A model generated the notes under the pieces. That model did no database searches. It had not been told where the DNA came from and saw only the letters and a program-made list of their open reading frames with translations. Below are positions 18,007 through 27,584 of a stretch of 64,000 nucleotides of DNA, piece by piece (positions within the stretch are counted from its first letter, which is position 1; every line of letters starts with the position of its first letter). Location of the stretch: positions 1 to 64,000 of the IMG/VR virus record IMGVR_UViG_642973577_000001, one strand, 5' to 3'. Made by a program: the position numbers and the translations under genes. This DNA is from a virus. Lineage: Duplodnaviria; Caudoviricetes.

Positions 18007-18420
18007 TGGGCTTTCAGATCTTCGGCACCGGTCACCTGCGTGAGCGAGTGGTCAACGAGCACAAGGCCCGCTGTATCTGTGCGCAGTACGGCCAGGACAA
18101 CTGCCCATTCCATCAGCAGGTGATCGTCGTGGGGGTGCCTGGTGCCTGACCGGCTGGAGTGCTTCCTGTGCGGTCGCCTGGGCGTCCGGGGATTCCACGA
18201 GGTCCGCTGGGGCATGAACAAGGGCAAGTACCGCTGCAAGGCCTCTATCGCCTGCGACAAGCGTGTGTGGAACCGGGTGAGAATCAAGGGCAGCGGGTGG
18301 ACATGGTAGTGCGCTTCGACGACGGCACCGAGTTCGGCCCGTTCGACGAGGCCCGTGCCTACGGGCTGGCGATCGAGCTGCAGATGCAGGGCTACAGCCC
18401 CAAGGTCGTCCCGGTGCGCC

Positions 18421-18681
18421 ATGAGTGAGCACCAGGGCGTCTGCAACGTCTGCCTGATCCCTTGCTCTTGGCAGGAGCGCCCGACTGGCGGATGGTGGGT
18501 ACACGAGTGGCCACCCAACCCGCAGATCGAGAAGTGGTGGAAGGAAGGCCCGAACAACCACGACGCCGACCCCGGCTGGGAGCCGGTGATCCCAGAGGAG
18601 GAGGGTGAGCGTGAGCAGCTACGAGGAGACTCTGGCGAAGCTGGACAAGACGCTGGTGAAGTGGCGAGTCCTGACGCCTGA
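18421..18681 (+). CDS. Hypothetical protein
   Basis: CxxC...W...GWWxH. Confidence 0.55.
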   Translation: MSEHQGVCNVCLIPCSWQERPTGGWWVHEWPPNPQIEKWWKEGPNNHDADPGWEPVIPEEEGEREQLRGDSGEAGQDAGEVASPDA

Positions 18682-18856
18682 GGAGGTCGCCGAGCAGGAG
18701 CGCCGGGACGCTGAGCACCAGGACGAGGAGGAGAAGCGTTGGCCGATGAGTCAACGCCGACCTCGGTGCCTCGCGTGCGGGGCGTTCATGCCGATGAAGA
18801 CCGACGACTACACGAGGTGCAAGGTATGCCAGCAGTCTTGGGCGGATCTGCAGTGA
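18605..18856 (+). CDS. Hypothetical Zn-ribbon protein
   Basis: CxxC...CxxC. Confidence 0.6.
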   Translation: MSVSSYEETLAKLDKTLVKWRVLTPEEVAEQERRDAEHQDEEEKRWPMSQRRPRCLACGAFMPMKTDDYTRCKVCQQSWADLQ

Positions 18857-19128
18857 AGACCGGAATCGACGCGATCCGCGAGCAGATCGAGCGGGTGACC
18901 CCGAGCTGGCTCTGGGACCAGGTGGACCAGGCGATCGGCTACGTGCCGATCCGGCGTCAGGAGCCGCCCAAGGAGCCTGATCCGCGATCGGGCGTGAAGT
19001 TCACCATCGTCTGCGGTTGCGGCAGCCCTGCATTCGCCTGGTATGACGAGGACGGGGTGTACCACATCGAGTCGCACAGCGACTACGTTATGGGGTCTGA
19101 CGTGCCCTGTTACGGCACCTGGTACTAG
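18853..19128 (+). CDS. Hypothetical protein
   Basis: GTGA overlap. Confidence 0.6.
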   Translation: MKTGIDAIREQIERVTPSWLWDQVDQAIGYVPIRRQEPPKEPDPRSGVKFTIVCGCGSPAFAWYDEDGVYHIESHSDYVMGSDVPCYGTWY

Positions 19129-19141
19129 ATGTTCTAGCGAC

Positions 19142-19176
19142 TTGCATTGTTCTAGGAGCTATGCCATACTTGTTCT
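19142..19176 (+). promoter_or_regulatory. SigA-type TTCTAG promoter, leaderless
   Basis: TTGCAT-N17-CATACT-N6-ATG; second TTCTAG just upstream. Confidence 0.85.
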
Positions 19177-19593
19177 ATGAGCAACGCAGTCGCCACCGCC
19201 GCCGAGATCACCACCCACGACGAGTTCGTCGCCTTCTACGTCGCGAACATCACCCCCTTTGCCATCGCCGAGATCGGCGAGGACACCGTTGCCTCGGCGC
19301 AGGCCGGGAGCTACTGCGACGCGGAGTACGTCGCTTCGCGCAACCACCACATCGCCCGCCTGGAGGCGTTGTCCAACGAGGAGCTGGCGGCGGAGTACGT
19401 CGCCAACGACGCCGAGCACGATCGCATGATCGCGCTCGACGACTGGGCCGAGTACGACGTGGACGACCACGAGTCGCACTACGCCGAGCAGTGGCTCATC
19501 AAGAGCCTGCTGGAGGACCGGGCGGTCCGGGCGCGCTACTGCTCGCCGCAGCCGCTCACCCACAGCCCGTTCGCTGGGCTGGTGGCGGCATGA
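19177..19593 (+). CDS. Acidic hypothetical protein
   Basis: MSNAVA start; PLTHSPFAGL C-terminus. Confidence 0.75.
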   Translation: MSNAVATAAEITTHDEFVAFYVANITPFAIAEIGEDTVASAQAGSYCDAEYVASRNHHIARLEALSNEELAAEYVANDAEHDRMIALDDWAEYDVDDHESHYAEQWLIKSLLEDRAVRARYCSPQPLTHSPFAGLVAA

Positions 19594-19805
19594 GCTACCG
19601 CGAGAAGGAGTGGGACGAGCCGGGACCTGACTTCGGGAAGGTCTACCGGCGTCCCGCCCGCCGGATCATCCAGGCGCGCCCCGCCTGCAAGTGCGACGAC
19701 GAGGTGGCCCGCCAGCTCGCCGAGACCGACGACAAGTCCGCTGCGACCCGCGACCGTATCCGCTGGGCCGCTCACTCCACCATCTGCCTGGGAGGCAACA
19801 AGTGA
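19590..19805 (+). CDS. Hypothetical protein
   Basis: ATGA overlap. Confidence 0.6.
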   Translation: MSYREKEWDEPGPDFGKVYRRPARRIIQARPACKCDDEVARQLAETDDKSAATRDRIRWAAHSTICLGGNK

Positions 19806-20161
19806 TCAACCTGTCCAAGACCCGCGCCGAGAACCGCAAGATCGCCGAGGAGGCCGGGTTCGTCCTGGCCGAGAACCGGCAGTACACCGACGTGTTCTAC
19901 CGCGAGGTCAAGGCTCCGAACACCCGCATGGGCAGGCTGGCCAAGAACATGGGCTACCACCTGGCCGAGCAGGTCACCGTCGGCTACAACTCCGCTGGCC
20001 ACGTCAGCGACGTCAAGCTGCACACCCCGGTCGATCAGGCCGCGCTGGACGGGCGTTACGTCACCTACACCGCCAAGAAGGAGTTCCGCGACAAGGGCAA
20101 GCGCCAGGCCGTGAAGGACTACCTGCTCTCGACGAGCGGATTCTACGGACCGCTTGCGTGA
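19802..20161 (+). CDS. Hypothetical protein
   Basis: GGAGG RBS; GTGA overlap. Confidence 0.7.
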   Translation: MINLSKTRAENRKIAEEAGFVLAENRQYTDVFYREVKAPNTRMGRLAKNMGYHLAEQVTVGYNSAGHVSDVKLHTPVDQAALDGRYVTYTAKKEFRDKGKRQAVKDYLLSTSGFYGPLA

Positions 20162-20182
20162 GCTGCTCTAGTCAGCTATAGT
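20154..20182 (+). promoter_or_regulatory. SigA-type CTCTAG promoter, leadered
   Basis: TTGCGT-N17-TATAGT. Confidence 0.8.
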
Positions 20183-20220
20183 TAAAGGACCCACCCACCA
20201 GCACCGCAGAGAGGATCACC

Positions 20221-20616
20221 ATGACCCGCACCTACGCCCGCGAGACCGTCACCTTCACCCAGGCCCAGATCGACGCCCTGGTCGCCGAGGGTCGCGCCAC
20301 CTACTACCCCGGCCTCCCCGGCTACGTGATCGACCGCAAGCAGGCCGTGCGCATGCACCAGATCGTCGCCGCCCCGGTCGTCGACACCGTGTGGTCCTCG
20401 CCGATCGAGGACGACAACGCCGCCGAGGCGTGGCTGGCCGACCAGGACCGCTACGAGGTCCCGGCTGCCTCCTGGGACACCATCGAGGCCGCTGACGCCA
20501 TGGGCATCTCGGTCGGCGAGTACACCGACGGCGAATACCGGGACCCGCGTCCCGCGTCGGGCCGTTCCGCCGTCTTCCGCAAGTTCGACGACATCCTGTC
20601 CGACTTCGGCATCTGA
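20221..20616 (+). CDS. Hypothetical protein
   Basis: GAGAGGA RBS after CCCACCCACC. Confidence 0.75.
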   Translation: MTRTYARETVTFTQAQIDALVAEGRATYYPGLPGYVIDRKQAVRMHQIVAAPVVDTVWSSPIEDDNAAEAWLADQDRYEVPAASWDTIEAADAMGISVGEYTDGEYRDPRPASGRSAVFRKFDDILSDFGI

Positions 20617-20648
20617 CCAACCACCCACCCACCACCGGAAGGACTCCC

Positions 20649-21107
20649 ATGACCGCCACCATCGCCCAGACCATGGTCGCCGTGCCCGTTGCTCGCAAGG
20701 TCGAGTGCCAGCGCCACCGCTACGAGGGCTACGCCTTCAACGGCAAGACCTGGACCTGCCGCGCCTGCGGCGAGCCGCAGGACCGCCACGAGACGACCGA
20801 CGAGACCGCCGCACGCAACCGGTTCGAGGTCATCCGGGCCGCTGCGCTGGCCGAGCTGGACCAGCAGGCCACCGAGACCTACACCGGCAAGCCGGGGTGC
20901 GCCTGCGGCTGCCGGGGCAACTACTCGCGCAACCCGCGTGCGATGAAGGCCACCGTCAACAAGATGCGCCGGATCATCGAGGCCGCGACCGCCCACGAGC
21001 CGCACGGGCTGATGGTCTCCCAGGGGCACTGGGTCGGCGTCGACAACGCCGAGGGCCGCGAGGCCTCGCGCACCTACACCGCCTACACCGACGAGCGCCA
21101 CCCGTAA
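20649..21107 (+). CDS. Hypothetical protein
   Basis: YTGKPGCACGCRGNY motif. Confidence 0.75.
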   Translation: MTATIAQTMVAVPVARKVECQRHRYEGYAFNGKTWTCRACGEPQDRHETTDETAARNRFEVIRAAALAELDQQATETYTGKPGCACGCRGNYSRNPRAMKATVNKMRRIIEAATAHEPHGLMVSQGHWVGVDNAEGREASRTYTAYTDERHP

Positions 21108-21156
21108 CCCTGTAGTCCTGCTATAGTAAGTTTCCCACCCACCCACAGGAGAAGAC

Positions 21157-21366
21157 ATGAAACGCCTCATCATCGCCGCCGCACTCGTGGCCAGCCTCAG
21201 CGCCTGCGACTACGGGCCACCGCCCGACACCCGCATCGAGAACACGCAGGAGGGCCAGCCGTTCCTGGAGCTGTGGCTCGACGACCTGCAGAACCCGCCG
21301 ACCTCGGTGCCCAAGCAGCCCGAGTTCTGGTACGACCTGATGCTGCCACCCGAGGAGATGCCGTGA
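21157..21366 (+). CDS. Putative lipoprotein
   Basis: Lipobox LSAC after signal peptide. Confidence 0.7.
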   Translation: MKRLIIAAALVASLSACDYGPPPDTRIENTQEGQPFLELWLDDLQNPPTSVPKQPEFWYDLMLPPEEMP

Positions 21367-21653
21367 AGGAAGTCCAGATCACGCGCCAGCGGATCAAGAG
21401 CAACGTCAGCTTCTCGGAGAAGTATCTCGACGAGATCGGACCCGACGGCCTGCGCGACCGCATGCGCATCAAGGCGATCGACGACGACGACTACCGCTAC
21501 CCCTGGGACCGGGGCTGGATCGTCACCGCCGTCGAGATCGTCTCCCAGTACCCCGACCCCAAGCACATCGGCAGCTCGATCAAGGTGCACGCCCTGATCA
21601 CCGAGACCAAGACCGAGCGTGTTCCCACCCATACCGAGGAGGACAAGCAGTGA
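21363..21653 (+). CDS. Hypothetical protein
   Basis: GTGA overlap. Confidence 0.65.
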   Translation: MKEVQITRQRIKSNVSFSEKYLDEIGPDGLRDRMRIKAIDDDDYRYPWDRGWIVTAVEIVSQYPDPKHIGSSIKVHALITETKTERVPTHTEEDKQ

Positions 21654-22171
21654 CCGCGACCGACATCCGCAGCTACCACATCTCGATCACGTTCGAGGTG
21701 CCGGATGGCGTCAGCGATCCCTTCGACTACCGCGAGGAGATCACCGAGCTGATGAAGGAGGCGGGCTGGCCCGACTACCACAGCGCCGGGTTCGGCTGCG
21801 GGTACGGCGACATCGCCTGGTCGGTGCCCACCACCGAGGGCGGGCTGATCGACTCGCTGGCCATCCTGATCGACCGTCTCGGCGAGTTCCTGGCCCGGAT
21901 CGAGGTCAAGGTCGAGACGCCAATGACCGACGAGGAGATCGCCGACGAGATCGCCGCCGACGAGGCCCGTGACGCCCACCTGGCCGAGCTGCGCCGCACC
22001 GGCAAGCTCGACGAGTGGTTCGCCAAGGACACCGCCGAGCGGATGGACGACGCCTACCGGCACACCTTCGGCTACAAGCCGACGATGGACGCGACGATGC
22101 TGCACGCCTGGGCACAGTCGATGATCGAGAAAATCACCAACGAACAGTTCAAGATGGAGTACTACCTGTGA
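21650..22171 (+). CDS. Hypothetical protein
   Basis: GAGGAGG RBS. Confidence 0.75.
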   Translation: MTATDIRSYHISITFEVPDGVSDPFDYREEITELMKEAGWPDYHSAGFGCGYGDIAWSVPTTEGGLIDSLAILIDRLGEFLARIEVKVETPMTDEEIADEIAADEARDAHLAELRRTGKLDEWFAKDTAERMDDAYRHTFGYKPTMDATMLHAWAQSMIEKITNEQFKMEYYL

Positions 22172-22353
22172 AGAAGATGATCCTGGGCCTGGCCGCGCTC
22201 GCGGCCATCCTGACCGGCTGTGGCATCGAGGGAGCCGACAACAGCGGCGGCTGGATGGAAGCGCCCAACGGTGGCCAGGTCTGGTGCGTCGGCAACAGCT
22301 CCGGCGGGCTGAGCTGCAACTGGGACGCCTACAACAAGGGCATCGTCCGATGA
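22168..22353 (+). CDS. Putative lipoprotein
   Basis: Lipobox LTGC; PNGxxVWC...GLSCNW. Confidence 0.7.
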   Translation: MKKMILGLAALAAILTGCGIEGADNSGGWMEAPNGGQVWCVGNSSGGLSCNWDAYNKGIVR

Positions 22354-22613
22354 GGCGGCTGGAGCGCGACGAGAACGGTCGTATCACCACCGTGGGCCGC
22401 GTGCAGCGCCTGGAGGGCATCGTCCAGGTCCAGGCTCTCGTCCTGCTCGTCGCGGTGCTCATGGCCGTCATGAGCGGCTGCGCTCAGCAGACCACGGCCA
22501 GCGACACCGACATCGCCAGCACGATCGTCACCGACCCGCGCACGGGCAAGCAGTGCACCATGTGGGTCTACAACGACTCCAGCGACGGCGCGAACATGCA
22601 GGTGGTGTGCTGA
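22350..22613 (+). CDS. Putative lipoprotein
   Basis: Hydrophobic segment plus MSGC; DPxTGxQC. Confidence 0.6.
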   Translation: MRRLERDENGRITTVGRVQRLEGIVQVQALVLLVAVLMAVMSGCAQQTTASDTDIASTIVTDPRTGKQCTMWVYNDSSDGANMQVVC

Positions 22614-22840
22614 TGTTCGACAAGACGTTCGCCAAGTGGCTGAGCACCATCATCGCCGGGGCGGCGCTGGTCATCGGCCTGTCGTTCACCGCGACCTCGT
22701 GCAGCGACAACGGCACCGGAGGCCAGACGTTCGACAGCCTGTACTACGAGGAGGTCAGCCTGCCCAACGGCCAGCGCGTCTGGTGCATCGGCGAGGGCAA
22801 CGTCGGGCTGAGCTGCGACTGGGCAGGTTCGCGTGACTGA
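22613..22840 (+). CDS. Putative lipoprotein (paralog of 22168..22353)
   Basis: ATSC; PNGxxVWC...GLSCDW. Confidence 0.65.
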   Translation: MFDKTFAKWLSTIIAGAALVIGLSFTATSCSDNGTGGQTFDSLYYEEVSLPNGQRVWCIGEGNVGLSCDWAGSRD

Positions 22841-23123
22841 CCTCCTGTTCGCCATGTGGTACTCGCCCGTGCTGTTCATCGCGGTGCTGCTGGTCTTCGT
22901 GGTCGGCATCGTCCTGGGCCTCACGGCGCTCGTGTGGCTCCTGGAGAAGCTCCGGGGGTTCAAGCGCCGTCGGGCGTTCAAGGCCCAGCAGAAGCGCATG
23001 GCAGCCGACTTCGACGCCACGCGCACGGCAGTCCAGGACCGCCTCTTCGGCGGTCTGCGGGCAGAAGACATGCAGTTCGACATCCCCGGAATGGAGCCAC
23101 GATGGCCATCAGAACGACGCTGA
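22833..23123 (+). CDS. Membrane protein
   Basis: Long hydrophobic N-terminus. Confidence 0.65.
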   Translation: MTDLLFAMWYSPVLFIAVLLVFVVGIVLGLTALVWLLEKLRGFKRRRAFKAQQKRMAADFDATRTAVQDRLFGGLRAEDMQFDIPGMEPRWPSERR

Positions 23124-23368
23124 GCATGGACCTGGACAGCCTCAAGGGCCAGGACATCATCGACCTGGCCGACGAGATCCAGCGGCGCGACGGGGCGAAC
23201 GACCCCATCCGCGTCGAGGTCACCCCGCAGGAGTGGGAGCGCGGTCCGGTCGGCGGGACCACCTACAAGGTCACGCTGCACCACGAGGGCACCACCGGGT
23301 ACGCTCGACGTCCCAGGACGCAGAGCGAGTTCGGATCGCTGGCCGGATCGGGTGACCGACAGTCCTGA
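23102..23368 (+). CDS. Hypothetical protein
   Basis: GGAG RBS. Confidence 0.6.
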   Translation: MAIRTTLSMDLDSLKGQDIIDLADEIQRRDGANDPIRVEVTPQEWERGPVGGTTYKVTLHHEGTTGYARRPRTQSEFGSLAGSGDRQS

Positions 23369-23413
23369 ATAAGCTATAGTGGACTTATAGTCGTTTTCAA
23401 CGAAAGGACCACC

Positions 23414-23641
23414 GTGGCAGTCAAGATTCTCGCCGACAAGGCCGGTCAGCTCCAGGGGCTGGACGCCAACACCGTTGCTCGGCTGACCTACGGCGGCAGC
23501 GCGCACTACATGGAAGATCCGACCGGGGAGACCTGGGAGGGCTACGTGGGTGCCTTTGTCCGCCACTCGCCGGGACGTCCCCAGGGCGAGTACGACGTGC
23601 TCGATCTGATTGTGGAGCTGCACGACATCCACCCACGATGA
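23414..23641 (+). CDS. Hypothetical protein
   Basis: AAAGGA RBS after a TATAGT -10-like site. Confidence 0.7.
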   Translation: MAVKILADKAGQLQGLDANTVARLTYGGSAHYMEDPTGETWEGYVGAFVRHSPGRPQGEYDVLDLIVELHDIHPR

Positions 23642-23651
23642 AAGGAGTCGC

Positions 23652-23807
23652 ATGAGCGACATCAAGAAGGGCGACCAGGTGACGCTGGCCGACGGGCGCA
23701 CGGGCAAGGTGGCCAACCACCCCGGCGATCGGGCCACGGTCATTCTGGACAACGATCACCGCTACGTCGCGGCGGTCGTGAAGCCCGAGACGCTGACCAA
23801 GCAGTGA
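23652..23807 (+). CDS. Small KOW/SH3-like protein
   Basis: IKKGDQV...GRTGKV. Confidence 0.65.
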   Translation: MSDIKKGDQVTLADGRTGKVANHPGDRATVILDNDHRYVAAVVKPETLTKQ

Positions 23808-24523
23808 GCATCGAGAGCGAGCAGCGCGCACGCCGGATGTTCCTGGGCGACGTCGCCAACCACCGGATGACGGTGCTGCGCGACGACGGCCTGTACCGGC
23901 ACGTCCGGTTCGGCAAGCCCAACGGCTCCAGCATCTACCGCTTCGACCTGGTGACCTGGCCGGGGCATCTGGTGATCACCGGGGACCTGCAGGACTACCA
24001 CTTCGCACGGCTGCCCGACATGTTCCAGTTCTTCCGCAACAACCCCGACCGGCCTCAGATCAACCCGCACTACTGGGCCGAGAAGCTGGTCGGGCACCAG
24101 CAGAAGTACGAGGACTTCGACTTCGACAAGTTCAAGGAGTCGGTGGTCACGCACTTCCTGTGGAGCCGCCACAGCATCCCGGAGGGCCGCAGTCGCGAGG
24201 TGTTCAAGGCCATCCGCGAGCAGGTCCTGGAGGAGGAGGGCGTCGAGTACAGCCAGGACATCGCCTACAAGGCCGCGTCGGACTTCTTCTTCTCGTACAA
24301 CGCCAACGGCTGGGGTCGTCCGGGGTTCGGGTTCGAGGACGTCTGGGACTGGCCGATGAAGGACTACGACCACCACTTCCTGGTAAGCCTGTGGGCCATC
24401 GTCTGGGGCATTGCGCAGTGGGACACCCGCGAGCACAAGACGCAGCTGGACTGGGAGCGCGAGGATCACGCCCGCACGCGGGCAGAGCTGGCCAACCTGC
24501 GGCGTTACCACCACCATGTCTGA
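23804..24523 (+). CDS. Conserved phage hypothetical protein
   Basis: DDGLYRH...FDLVTWPGHLVITGD...INPHYWAEK. Confidence 0.8.
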   Translation: MSIESEQRARRMFLGDVANHRMTVLRDDGLYRHVRFGKPNGSSIYRFDLVTWPGHLVITGDLQDYHFARLPDMFQFFRNNPDRPQINPHYWAEKLVGHQQKYEDFDFDKFKESVVTHFLWSRHSIPEGRSREVFKAIREQVLEEEGVEYSQDIAYKAASDFFFSYNANGWGRPGFGFEDVWDWPMKDYDHHFLVSLWAIVWGIAQWDTREHKTQLDWEREDHARTRAELANLRRYHHHV

Positions 24524-24944
24524 GCTGGAGGACCTCCGCCGGGAGGTGGCGCGACTGCGTGAGCGCCAGGACGAGTGCGACCGGTGCCGTGGGCATGCAC
24601 GTGGGGACCTGATCGAGGAGCTGGCGCTCAAGGGCCACACCACGCCCGACATCGCTCGCATGCTCGGCGTCGACAAGCGGACGGTGAACTACTGGCGCAA
24701 GAAGCGCGGTGTGGTCTACAAGAAGGTCTACGCCACGCCGGAGCAGATCGAGAAGATTCACCTGTTCCTGGCCGACGGCATGAGCCTGGGCGAGACCGCC
24801 CGGACGCTGGGCCTCAACGAGGGCACGGTGCGCAACGTCCACCGTGGCCAGGGCTGGACCAACGCGCAGTCGATCGAGCACCTGACCACCCTGCGCCGCC
24901 ACGGCCACGCGCTGGGTGGGAAGGGCCGAGCATCGTGGCAGTGA
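24516..24944 (+). CDS. Double helix-turn-helix DNA-binding protein
   Basis: TPDIARMLGVDKRTV and SLGETARTLGLNEGTV. Confidence 0.75.
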   Translation: MSELEDLRREVARLRERQDECDRCRGHARGDLIEELALKGHTTPDIARMLGVDKRTVNYWRKKRGVVYKKVYATPEQIEKIHLFLADGMSLGETARTLGLNEGTVRNVHRGQGWTNAQSIEHLTTLRRHGHALGGKGRASWQ

Positions 24945-25372
24945 GCGCCCACGAGCCGTGGGACTACGAGACCTGGGTTAAGGCCTGGGGCGGCAACAAG
25001 CAGTGGATCGTCGGCGGCATCAACGACTCGTTCCCGCTGCCCGAGCCGCCGGGAGATTGCGAGTGGATGCTCACCCGCGAGCTGACCGGCGAGCACCCGA
25101 CCTACCGGCTGGCAATGACGACCAACGACTACGCCTTCGGCGGGACCACGCTCACGGTGCTGCGGCACGGTCTGATCGACAAGAAGATGTACGGCGAGGC
25201 TGGTGTACGCCAGCTGGCGGAGCAATTCAAGGAGTGGTATGCCCGGAGATCACCAGCAGATCAAGCCTGGAGACCCGATCCCTCGCAGCGAGAAGGCCGA
25301 CGCACACCTGGCCCGGAGGCTGGCGGAACTCAAGGAGAAGGCCAAGGAGCAGCACCTGCTGAACCAGGCTGA
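24941..25372 (+). CDS. Hypothetical protein
   Basis: GTGA overlap; 3' end overlaps the next ORF. Confidence 0.6.
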   Translation: MSAHEPWDYETWVKAWGGNKQWIVGGINDSFPLPEPPGDCEWMLTRELTGEHPTYRLAMTTNDYAFGGTTLTVLRHGLIDKKMYGEAGVRQLAEQFKEWYARRSPADQAWRPDPSQREGRRTPGPEAGGTQGEGQGAAPAEPG

Positions 25373-25760
25373 CAAGATCCGCCAGGAGATGGCGGGGACA
25401 GCGCCAGCAGGGACCCCCTCTGTGGCCTCAGAGCCGTTTCTGGGCAACCCACGGCCTTACCGGGTGTCGGCACAGGCGAAGCTGTTCAAGAGCGGTCTGA
25501 TGGGCAGCACGGTCACCGTGTGGTCCAAGGTCGACGGCGAGGGTGGCCACGAGCCGCGCCCGGTCATGCACGACGCCGAGACGCCGGTCATCATCCGCCT
25601 GGACGAGGACGAGGAGGACGTCGACAGGCAGATTGCGTTCGCCGCCGGATACGTCTACGGCTGGGTCGAGTCGGTCGGCGGGGACAGCGCCCTGGACCGG
25701 CTGGACATCTGGCTGGAGCCTGTCGCGCTACAGGGTTCGGAGAAGCTCGACCCCTCCTAG
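25239..25760 (+). CDS. Hypothetical protein
   Basis: AAGGAG RBS. Confidence 0.65.
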   Translation: MPGDHQQIKPGDPIPRSEKADAHLARRLAELKEKAKEQHLLNQADKIRQEMAGTAPAGTPSVASEPFLGNPRPYRVSAQAKLFKSGLMGSTVTVWSKVDGEGGHEPRPVMHDAETPVIIRLDEDEEDVDRQIAFAAGYVYGWVESVGGDSALDRLDIWLEPVALQGSEKLDPS

Positions 25761-25849
25761 CTGCAATTTCTAGGAGGTGTTGCGTTTTGTCCTATAGTGG
25801 GTGTAAAGTAGTTCTTGTCAGTCAGACACCACCCACTAGAAGGAGTCAC

Positions 25850-27043
25850 ATGTCCACTCTCGCCCCTCTCCCCCAGCGCACGCTCCGCAACTCGGATCTG
25901 CGCACGCTGGTGCAGGTGCTCAAGGATCAGCACGCGGCCAAGGTCGACCTGGTGGTCCCCACCAACTCGATCCGGCTCGACGCCGGTCGCCTGGTGATCG
26001 ACGGCCAGGAGGTCATCATGGACGCCGATGGCGTCACCGACCCCAACGGCGCGTACACCACGACCCACGTCGTGGACCAGAACCTGGCCGACCTGTTCGG
26101 CATCCCGGTCCGCTACATCCGCCGGATGCGGGCGGAGAAGGTCGGCCTGCTCGACATCAACGTCAACGAGTGGGCGGCGGACGCCACCGGCAAGAGCCTG
26201 CTGCGCATCATCCAGGGCAGCAACGTCGAGGACCCGACGTCGATGGGCTACGTCCGGGCGATCCTGTCGGACCGCTACGGCTTCCGCGATCACCTGGACA
26301 CCGTGATGTCGGTGCTGCAGGGCCTGCGTGAGGTCACGGTCGTCGGCGACGACGGTGTGGAGAAGCGTCTCGACGCCTCCAACGTCACCGGCATCGACCT
26401 CTCCGACGAGCGCATCTACCTCTCGGTGGACGTGCCGGAGATCAAGATCCACGCCCAGGACCTGGTGAAGAACTACCACTTCTACGACCAGGACTCCAAG
26501 GACAACCCGTTCATGAGCGCGGGCCTGGTGTTCACCAACTCCGAGGTCGGTCGCGGCGCGTTCCAGATCCTCCCGCGTGCGGTGGTCCAGGTCTGCAAGA
26601 ACGGCATGCGCCGGGACGTGGACGGCTTCCGCAAGGTGCACCTCGGCGGTCGCCTGCAGGAAGGCTCGATCAACTGGAGCGTCGAGACCCAGGACGCGGC
26701 CAACGAGTTCGTCCGGGCGCAGGTCAAGGACGCCGTGAAGTCGTTCCTGTCCGAGGGCTACCTGGAGAACCTCCGCGACGACCTGCTCAAGGACGCGGGC
26801 GTGGAGATCCCCGGCAGCAACGCCAAGGAGACCGTCGAGCTGATCGGCAAGAAGCTGCAGTACTCGGGTGCCGAGCAGGACATGATCCTGGACGACTTCA
26901 TGGCCGGTGGCCAGCTGACGTCGGGCGGCATCCTGCACGCGGTCACCTCCGCCACCCAGCGGATCGAGGACCCGGACCGGGCCTTCGAGTTCGAGGGCAC
27001 CGCCGTCCAGGCGATGCAGCTCGCGGCAGCGGCCAACGCCTAA
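25850..27043 (+). CDS. DUF932-like protein
   Basis: LSDRY, FTNSEVGRGA, VCKNGM, HLG; AAGGAG RBS. Confidence 0.75.
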   Translation: MSTLAPLPQRTLRNSDLRTLVQVLKDQHAAKVDLVVPTNSIRLDAGRLVIDGQEVIMDADGVTDPNGAYTTTHVVDQNLADLFGIPVRYIRRMRAEKVGLLDINVNEWAADATGKSLLRIIQGSNVEDPTSMGYVRAILSDRYGFRDHLDTVMSVLQGLREVTVVGDDGVEKRLDASNVTGIDLSDERIYLSVDVPEIKIHAQDLVKNYHFYDQDSKDNPFMSAGLVFTNSEVGRGAFQILPRAVVQVCKNGMRRDVDGFRKVHLGGRLQEGSINWSVETQDAANEFVRAQVKDAVKSFLSEGYLENLRDDLLKDAGVEIPGSNAKETVELIGKKLQYSGAEQDMILDDFMAGGQLTSGGILHAVTSATQRIEDPDRAFEFEGTAVQAMQLAAAANA

Positions 27044-27053
27044 CCCGCCCACC

Positions 27054-27087
27054 GAGTCCCCCGGCGCTTCCACAGGCCGGGGGACTC
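27054..27087 (+). terminator. GC-rich hairpin
   Basis: GAGTCCCCCGGC...GCCGGGGGACTC. Confidence 0.6.
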
Positions 27088-27114
27088 ACCCCTTTCATCC
27101 ACCAAGGAGGACAC

Positions 27115-27351
27115 ATGCAGGAGACCACCCAGGACCGGCTGGAGATGCGCGCCAGGGCCAAGGGCTGGACCGTCGTCGAGAGCACGGCCACCAAGACCGT
27201 GCTGCGCAAGTACTGGGGCACGCTGACTGTCACCTACGCCCTGCGCCGTCAGGCAGGCAGGGTCGTCACGGTGACCACCGACGTGATCTTCGAGTCGTTC
27301 GACGTGTTCCGCAACGACGTCGCCGAGGGCATCATCAGCATCGAGGTTTGA
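27115..27351 (+). CDS. Hypothetical protein
   Basis: AAGGAGG RBS. Confidence 0.7.
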   Translation: MQETTQDRLEMRARAKGWTVVESTATKTVLRKYWGTLTVTYALRRQAGRVVTVTTDVIFESFDVFRNDVAEGIISIEV

Positions 27352-27382
27352 CATTCCTTCTAGCGGCTGTCATACTTGAGGC
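27348..27382 (+). promoter_or_regulatory. SigA-type TTCTAG promoter, leaderless
   Basis: TTGACA-N17-CATACT-N6-ATG. Confidence 0.9.
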
Positions 27383-27550
27383 ATGGCAATCGGGAACTCC
27401 ACCATGATGGGCGCGGCGCACTTCGACTCCAAGACCACCAAGGCCTCGTGCCACTGCGGTCGTCGCGAGTGCTCCGATGCCCGCAAGGCCGGTCGTCGCA
27501 CCCAGCGTCGTCGCGAGCGCCAGGCCGTTCGTCGCGAACTGCGCGGCTGA
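27383..27550 (+). CDS. Arginine-rich small protein (55 aa)
   Basis: CHC...C followed by RRTQRRRERQAVRRELRG; not in the ORF track. Confidence 0.7.
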   Translation: MAIGNSTMMGAAHFDSKTTKASCHCGRRECSDARKAGRRTQRRRERQAVRRELRG

Positions 27551-27584
27551 CATCCACCACCCACCCACCACAGGAAGGCACCAC

